Assembly (NCBI RefSeq): GCF_006345805.1
Contig: NC_043007.1
Location: 69,564,001 to 69,628,000, forward strand
Origin: Octopus sinensis
Taxonomy: Eukaryota
Length of the DNA stretch: 64,000 nucleotides
Direction of reading: 5' to 3'
Shown here: positions 12,261 through 64,000 of the stretch, piece after piece
How positions within the stretch are numbered: the first letter of the stretch is position 1
Layout: every line of letters starts with the position of its first letter
Made by a program: the position numbers and the translations under genes
The notes under the pieces: model-generated
Databases searched by the model: none
What the model was told of the DNA's origin: nothing
The model's input: only the letters and a program-made list of their open reading frames with translations

Positions 12261-12590
12261 GGCATATGGCATAGTGGTTAAGAGTGTGGGCTACTAACCC
12301 AAAGATTCCGAGTTCGATTTTAGGCAGTGACCTGAATAATAATAATAATAATGAAAATAATAATAATGATAATAATGATAATAATAATAATAATAACAAT
12401 AATAACATCAAAAAATACCTTAGGAATGGGAACCCAGGTTCGAAATTTACCCAAGACACTTGATAAAAGCTGGAGGGTATATCAGCCAAAACATTGGGTT
12501 AACAACAAACAAAATGAGGACAAATATCCGTCAAATAATGTAAATAATGTACATAATTCCTCATCTCTTAAATATAGAACTAATCAACAA
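12261..12590 (+). mobile_element. tRNA-headed non-autonomous element with a Penelope-like (hammerhead-relic) tail
   Basis: A box TGGCATAGTGG 12267-12277; anticodon-like arm TGGG-CTACTAA-CCCA; B box GTTCGATT 12312-12319; (AAT)n spacer; tail with hammerhead-like spacing at 12455-12500. Confidence 0.7.
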
Positions 12591-13018
12591 AATATAATTG
12601 AACAGGGAGACAAATTGGGTATAAGGGGAATCAATTCTAGCATGTAAGTGAGGTTTATGTGCTATTAAAGGCATGTGATGTGAATGGAGGATGGCAGCTG
12701 CATAAGCAAATGTCAAACACTCAAAATGAATACTACATGTGGGAGAGGGAGAGCAAGGAAGACACGTGATGATGTGATATGATAGTACTGAGGAAGACCT
12801 GATTTCCTGTTGAAGCTTAGTGCAGGCACCCCTCCCTTTACCTATTCTGTACTCTCTAGGTACACATCCCTACACCTGTTGTACTTTCCATACCCTCTCA
12901 TCCCCCAACTATCTACTCTTACTGCTATGTCTTTTCTTCACCTTCTCTTCTCCTCTACTTAATGTGCTTTGACACCAAGAACTGAAAAAAAAGCTACTTG
13001 ATTTTTGCATATAGAATA

Positions 13019-13401
13019 CTAGCAGTATCACCCAGTGTTGCTCGGATTTGTTTCGACCCTTTAGAATTGGAATTTTTGAAAAGTAAAAATTTTACATTAT
13101 GTAGCTTGTTATTCTCTCTAAGTAAACATTTTTCTGGTTGAAATACACTGAAAAATGGCAATAAGGCAGTCAAAAAATCGTAAAAAATAGGGATTTTCAT
13201 AGAAAAAAAGCACCCTTTTGATGTAAATAATTTTTGGTGTTAACATGGTCCGATTTGAATTTTTTCTTCAAGAACAAGCCTTCTTCTATCATACTCTCAA
13301 TTTTGGCCAACTTGCGCTGCAGGGTCTCGGAGGAGATAGTGTTAGTTGAAGGCTACCAAACCTTCCATACACAGACAACTTCAGCTTTATATATATAGAG
13401 A
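13019..13401 (-). mobile_element. Non-autonomous Helitron
   Basis: Minus strand A|TCTCTATATATATAAAG ... CCGAGCAACACTGGG hairpin, ACTGCTAG|T; same termini as 62346-62858. Confidence 0.85.
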
Positions 13402-14404
13402 TTTCCCTTCTCCACACCTCCACCACCTATATACTGCTAGCCTTTCTTCCAACCAAATCATGTCATGATGCTGCATTGGGGAGGGGTTTTATACTGACTA
13501 CTTTTACCCACCTTCGCTGATGCTTCTGTCTCCATGCTTTCTTGGACATGTTACCTTGAGGATATGCTCTTCCCCCTCATTATCATCTTATTTATCATTG
13601 CCCTACACCACCCTACACATCTGTAGATAATGTGGGGTAGTGATGCATCTCTTCCCACTCAACACCCTCATCTTACCTCCTCACTGCCCTTATCACACTA
13701 ACACTCACAAATATCCTGTCGCTATCTTTCCCTTTTACCTTTTCCTCCTTCATGCAGTTCTTAATCCACCCACATATAACATTAAGCAACACTGCACATC
13801 CTCCTACTCAATTTTCCCCACTACCTAATCCCTTCAACTGGTGATTGCTTCAGCTCCACAGATAATTGCTGTCTCTTTGTGCTTCTTCATTGTCAATGAT
13901 ATTTCTGACTTTCCATCCATGACCTTTCAGATAACTATTCAATCTTGCTGCTTTTTAACTGTATGCTTCTGCTCACATTGTCACTCTTCTATTGCCACAG
14001 GGCTTTCAGGAGATGGAATGAAAACTGACAAATGAGGTCACCATAATGTGTCATCTGTACATCAATAAATTATTGTGATGAATGCTTGTACAATATGAGT
14101 ACCACTCTCTGAGTCTCATTGACCAGTACTGAGTAACAAGCCAAAGTGAGATGACCAGTAATCACATGAAACTGCAGGTTTTACATAAGAGTGTACTCTC
14201 CTAGAAAGATGCTGTGACAACATCTAAGGATCCTTCATTCTTGGTGGTTTTTATTAACAAACTAAATGATCCATAGCTGGGACCTTGGCAAGTGTCAAAG
14301 AAAACTTGGAAACAATAGTGGTTAGGAGGTGGTTCCATACTCCTCAAAACCCTGGAACTCATTAACCAGGGCCCCATCATTGGATCCAGTTTAAAGTCAT
14401 ACAC

Positions 14405-14845
14405 AGTACATTATATACATACATTACATACATACATACATGCATGTATACATACATTACATACATACATACTACATGCATGCATGCATGCATACATACA
14501 TTCATACATACATACATGCATACATACATACATACATGCATGCATGCATACATACATTCATACATACATGCATACATACATACATACATGCATGCATACA
14601 TACATACATACATGCATGTATACATACATTACATACATCCATACATGCATGTATACATACATTACATACATACATACTACATACATGCATGCATGCATAC
14701 ATACATTCATACATACATGCATGCATACATACATTCATACATACATGCATACATACATACATACATACATACATACATACATACATACATACATACATAC
14801 ATACATACATACATACATACATACTACATACATGCATGCATACAA
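14405..14845. repeat. (TACA/CATA)n compound microsatellite
   Basis: About 440 bp of tetranucleotide repeat. Confidence 0.95.
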
Positions 14846-16384
14846 TTATATAGGTGCAGATGCTACTTTTCACTACTTTCGTAATATTGAAATATTGAAA
14901 TATTGTCAAATCAGGGGCTTGAAGCAGGATAACACAGTGTGTGTGTGTGTGTAGGGATAAGGGATTGAAAAAATCCTTTCTGACAAACAGCAAATGGTAG
15001 GGCAGTTCAGAACCACCACTGCTGTATGTTTCAAGAAGGTGTCTTCCCTCTCCATCCTCCATCCTCCTGGCAATATTAAAGCTGAACCACAGGAGATATA
15101 TTAAAGTTTTACCCCTGTTTTTCAGTACGTTACCCATTTTGTCATATATCCTATAGGAAGAGAAATGCTTTGACCATGCAGTTAAAAGGACTTGAACTTC
15201 AAGATAGAGTCAGTTGGAAGTTGGTGTTTTATATTGATGAGGATAACAGTTATTCTGAAAAGCAGGACAACCATTTATTGATAAACAATTTCCTTGCTTT
15301 TTTTTTTTTTTTTTTTAATTCCTTAGCTGTATAACAAAATGAGAGAGGAAAAAAACGTAAGTGAAATGTATAAATCGCGAGTTAAAAACAAGTGGTTGCA
15401 GGTTGATAGGAAAGGAATAAAGTGGAAATGCATTTTGAAACACATGTATACACAAATGATTACGGCAAACTATCTCAATCGGAAATGTTGGACAAACTAC
15501 TTTGTTGTATTTAGTTACGATCCTTCATGTTCTCAGTTCAAATCTTATCGAGACCAGCTTTGCCTTTTGCTCTTCCTTAAAAGAAAAAAAATATATAATA
15601 ATAATAATAATAATTAAGTACCAGGCAAGAACTAGGGACGATTTAATATTCTTATAAAGCATCCTTGATGTTAATGGAATTGTGATAGCGGACAGGTGCC
15701 TAATGAAACTAGAAATGGTGATTTTTTAATGTAACCATTCATTTATTATTGTTGATGATTGTTCAGAGACAACAGTTATTAAAACAACCTTGAATTATAT
15801 CACCAACAGCAGTAGTATCTTCGTCATCATCATAAGCAGCGTCAACAGTATCAATAACAGCGTCACCGATGACTAAATCAGTCAAAACAGTCGCAACAAT
15901 AATAATAATAATAATTATAGACAACATTAATATAATGTTGCGACCTTCATGCTTTTCCAAGAGCATTTTGCATTATAGCAGAAACGGCTCCAGCTGAGAT
16001 ATCAAAATCACATCGTTAAGTTGGTTGAAGTCGACGTTAGACCGACGTCTACTTCTCCGTTAATTCCAAAGATTGGAATCATTAGCAACTGATAATTAAC
16101 GATGGTAAACGACAATGATATTAATGATGATAGATCCGTAATTAGGAAACGATTTTATTGCAAAAGAGAGTAGATTCCAATCAAAGTAGTAAAATAATAG
16201 CAGTTCACTTAATAATGCAATAACTGTTGCGATTTAGCCCCCCCAGTCTGGTGCAAACCGAGGGAAATTCTGATTATTTCTAGCAGATTGAAACGGTTAC
16301 GAAAAGGCTCCCTTGTAACCGCGGCTGTTGTTGCTGTTATTATTGCTGCGATTATTATTGTTGTTATTACTGTGGCGGCAGCTA

Positions 16385-16520
16385 TAAATCGCAGTTATTA
16401 TTAGTGTTGTTGCTTATTATTATTACTATTATTATTATTATTATTATTATTATTATCATCTGCATCATCATCATCATCATCATCGTCGTCGTCATCGTCG
16501 TCATCATCATAGTTTTGGTT
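16385..16520. repeat. Compound trinucleotide tract (ATT)n(ATC)n(GTC)n upstream of coding exon 1
   Basis: Directly visible. Confidence 0.9.
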
Positions 16521-16685
16521 GTTGTTATTGCTGTTACGGTTATTACTGCTCCAGTTGTTGGGTTTGTTTCCCCTTGACTCTTGTTATTTCCACTTGTTCC
16601 TCCCACCACCATACTAACGTCTCTCTCACCAACACTAAACCGCCATCATCACTTCTCTCACTCCGTGCTTTAGCTCGCTTCCTTC

Positions 16686-62299
<45,614 letters not shown>

Positions 62300-62345
62300 T
62301 AAGGGGACATAACTGAATCTGATTTGTGGAGAATTTCATCACAAA

Positions 62346-62858
62346 TCTATATATATAAAACTGTAGTTGTGTGAGTGTCTGTCCCCTTCGATTTAGATTC
62401 CTAACTACTCCCACATTTTGCGGTGCAGTTTAACCAAATTCGGGTATCTTATAGTCGTGATTCATGTCGAGCCCGTCTGAGTATTAGTGCGCGTCTACGA
62501 TGAGTCTACGATTTTAAAAATAATTTAACATCATTTTTTATTCCATTTTAATGCATAATTTTTCGTGTGTCGATGGCGGCGGAGTTGGCATCCATGGTCA
62601 CACCTGCACCTGTTTGCTTCTCCCCCTTCTTCCCTCCCTCGTGAAGCTGTGGGGAAGGGAGTGTAAGGAAATCAACATCGTAAAGCGTTGTCAAGGAGAC
62701 CAGCGTTCTTTTAGAACAACGACTTCATGGCTTGAAGACACCAAAACAGAAATGGCTAAGAAAGCCCGAATTGGCATCTATAAGGGAAGTAACTCTCTAA
62801 AAATGCTTATATAGTTATTTCCCTTACAAACCCGAGCAACGCCGGGCGATACTGCTAG
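62346..62858 (+). mobile_element. Non-autonomous Helitron, 513 bp
   Basis: A|TCTATATATATAAAAC 5' end; 3' CCCGAGCAACGCCGGG hairpin and CTAG|T. Confidence 0.9.
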
Positions 62859-64000
62859 TAATTTATATCTTTTCTTTTACTTATTTCAGTCATTAGACTG
62901 CGGCCATACTGGGGCACTACCTTGAAGAATTTCACTCGAATGAATCGACTCCAGTACTTATATTTTTTTTAAGCTTGGTACTTATTCTATTGGTTTCTTT
63001 TGCCAAACTGCTAAATTTATAGGGACATAAACACAGCAACACTGGTTGTCAAGCAATGGCGAGACACACACACACACGCACACACACAGCTATATGTGAC
63101 CAGCTTCTCTCAGTTTCTGTCTACCAGATCCAGTCAGCTCAAGGCTATAGTAGAAGACACTTGCCCAAGGTGTCACGTAGTGGGACTGAACCCAGAACCA
63201 TGTAGTTCAGGGGAAATCAGATGTAATCTCCTTAACATAGTGCAGTAATGTGTTGCCCTGATTATTTGTTGTGGCTAACAATCCAATTGCACTTGGAAAA
63301 TCCAATACAGAGGTTCAAAACAACCACAATGTTAAAACGTACATAAAGAACAAAAGGTAAAAACTTGTATTTACCATCATCATCATCATCATTTACGGTA
63401 CGGGTCGGACAGCTGGATAGGAGCTAGCAAGACCAGGAGTCATGTCAGGCTTTATTGTCTGTTTTGGCATGGTTTCTACTGTTGGATACCCTTCCTAGCA
63501 GCAACCACTTTACAAGGTCTACGGGTGCATTTTATAAGGCCCCATTGGCTGACAAGGTTACAAAGTATCTTGCAAGACAAAAATAGGCAGAAAGTCCTCA
63601 ACTGGAAGAGCGATGTAGTATTGAGGGTGGGGTGTGCCAGTCGAGAGATTAAAGGTATAGAGGGACAGAGGTAGATATCTTCCTGTAGATACATGGATAC
63701 TCCAGTTGGAAAGGAAAGAGAGTGATAGTGAGAGAGATGATGGTGAAGATGAGTTGGGACGTGCCATCAAGAAACTTTGGTTGGGGTGAGAATAGGTGAA
63801 ATGATACATAGGTTTGGGCTGGGTGAGTGGGCTGGATAGAGGTGACCGTAACAAATGGTGGAGAGAAACCTATGATAAGCTTGGGGCAAGGATTTCAGTA
63901 AGTATGTGAGGGCATTGAGGGTGATAACAGATAAGCAAAGTATTTATGATGGAGAATAGCACAAAGAGGAGAAGGTCCAGAAAGTAGGTGATTGGTGAAG

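Noticed and set aside
12261-12335. Functional tRNA gene (also 31827, 4202, 7460-7537 and SINE-A heads)
   Set aside because: No intact acceptor stem or T terminator; each continues into SINE body sequence
14377-15137. ORFs up to 211 aa, including MGNVLKN... with a myristoylation-like start
   Set aside because: Most of the length is (TACA)n microsatellite; no credible donor site or homology for the unique part
63600-64000. Next kinase exon (exon 14)
   Set aside because: No NLLF/DFG-type coding sequence in any frame; purine-rich retroelement-like DNA, so the exon lies beyond the window

Overview
AT-rich eukaryotic genomic DNA, most likely from an octopus (inferred from the SINE families, the dense microsatellites and the gene architecture). 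The only host gene I can support is a + strand MSK1-like dual-domain kinase (RPS6KA5/RPS6KA4 family). I reconstructed 13 coding exons by hand from ATG 16686 to 62197: 1647 nt, 549 codons, one continuous open frame, all introns GT-AG. The gene continues past the window end, and the ORF track misses most of these exons. The rest is transposon-derived or simple repeat: several tRNA-headed SINE families, RTE, CR1 and probable Penelope fragments, decayed mariner elements, Tc1/mariner and TTAA (piggyBac-type) MITEs, Helitron-type elements and long fold-back elements. Best leads: (1) a tRNA-headed element whose tail looks like a decayed Penelope-type hammerhead ribozyme (12261-12590); (2) a candidate 30-nt upstream exon that would extend the kinase N-terminus; (3) many intronic inverted repeats that would form dsRNA near kinase exons; (4) an RTE 3' UTR family carrying variable internal minisatellite arrays. 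Repeat coordinates are approximate; exon coordinates were counted base by base.
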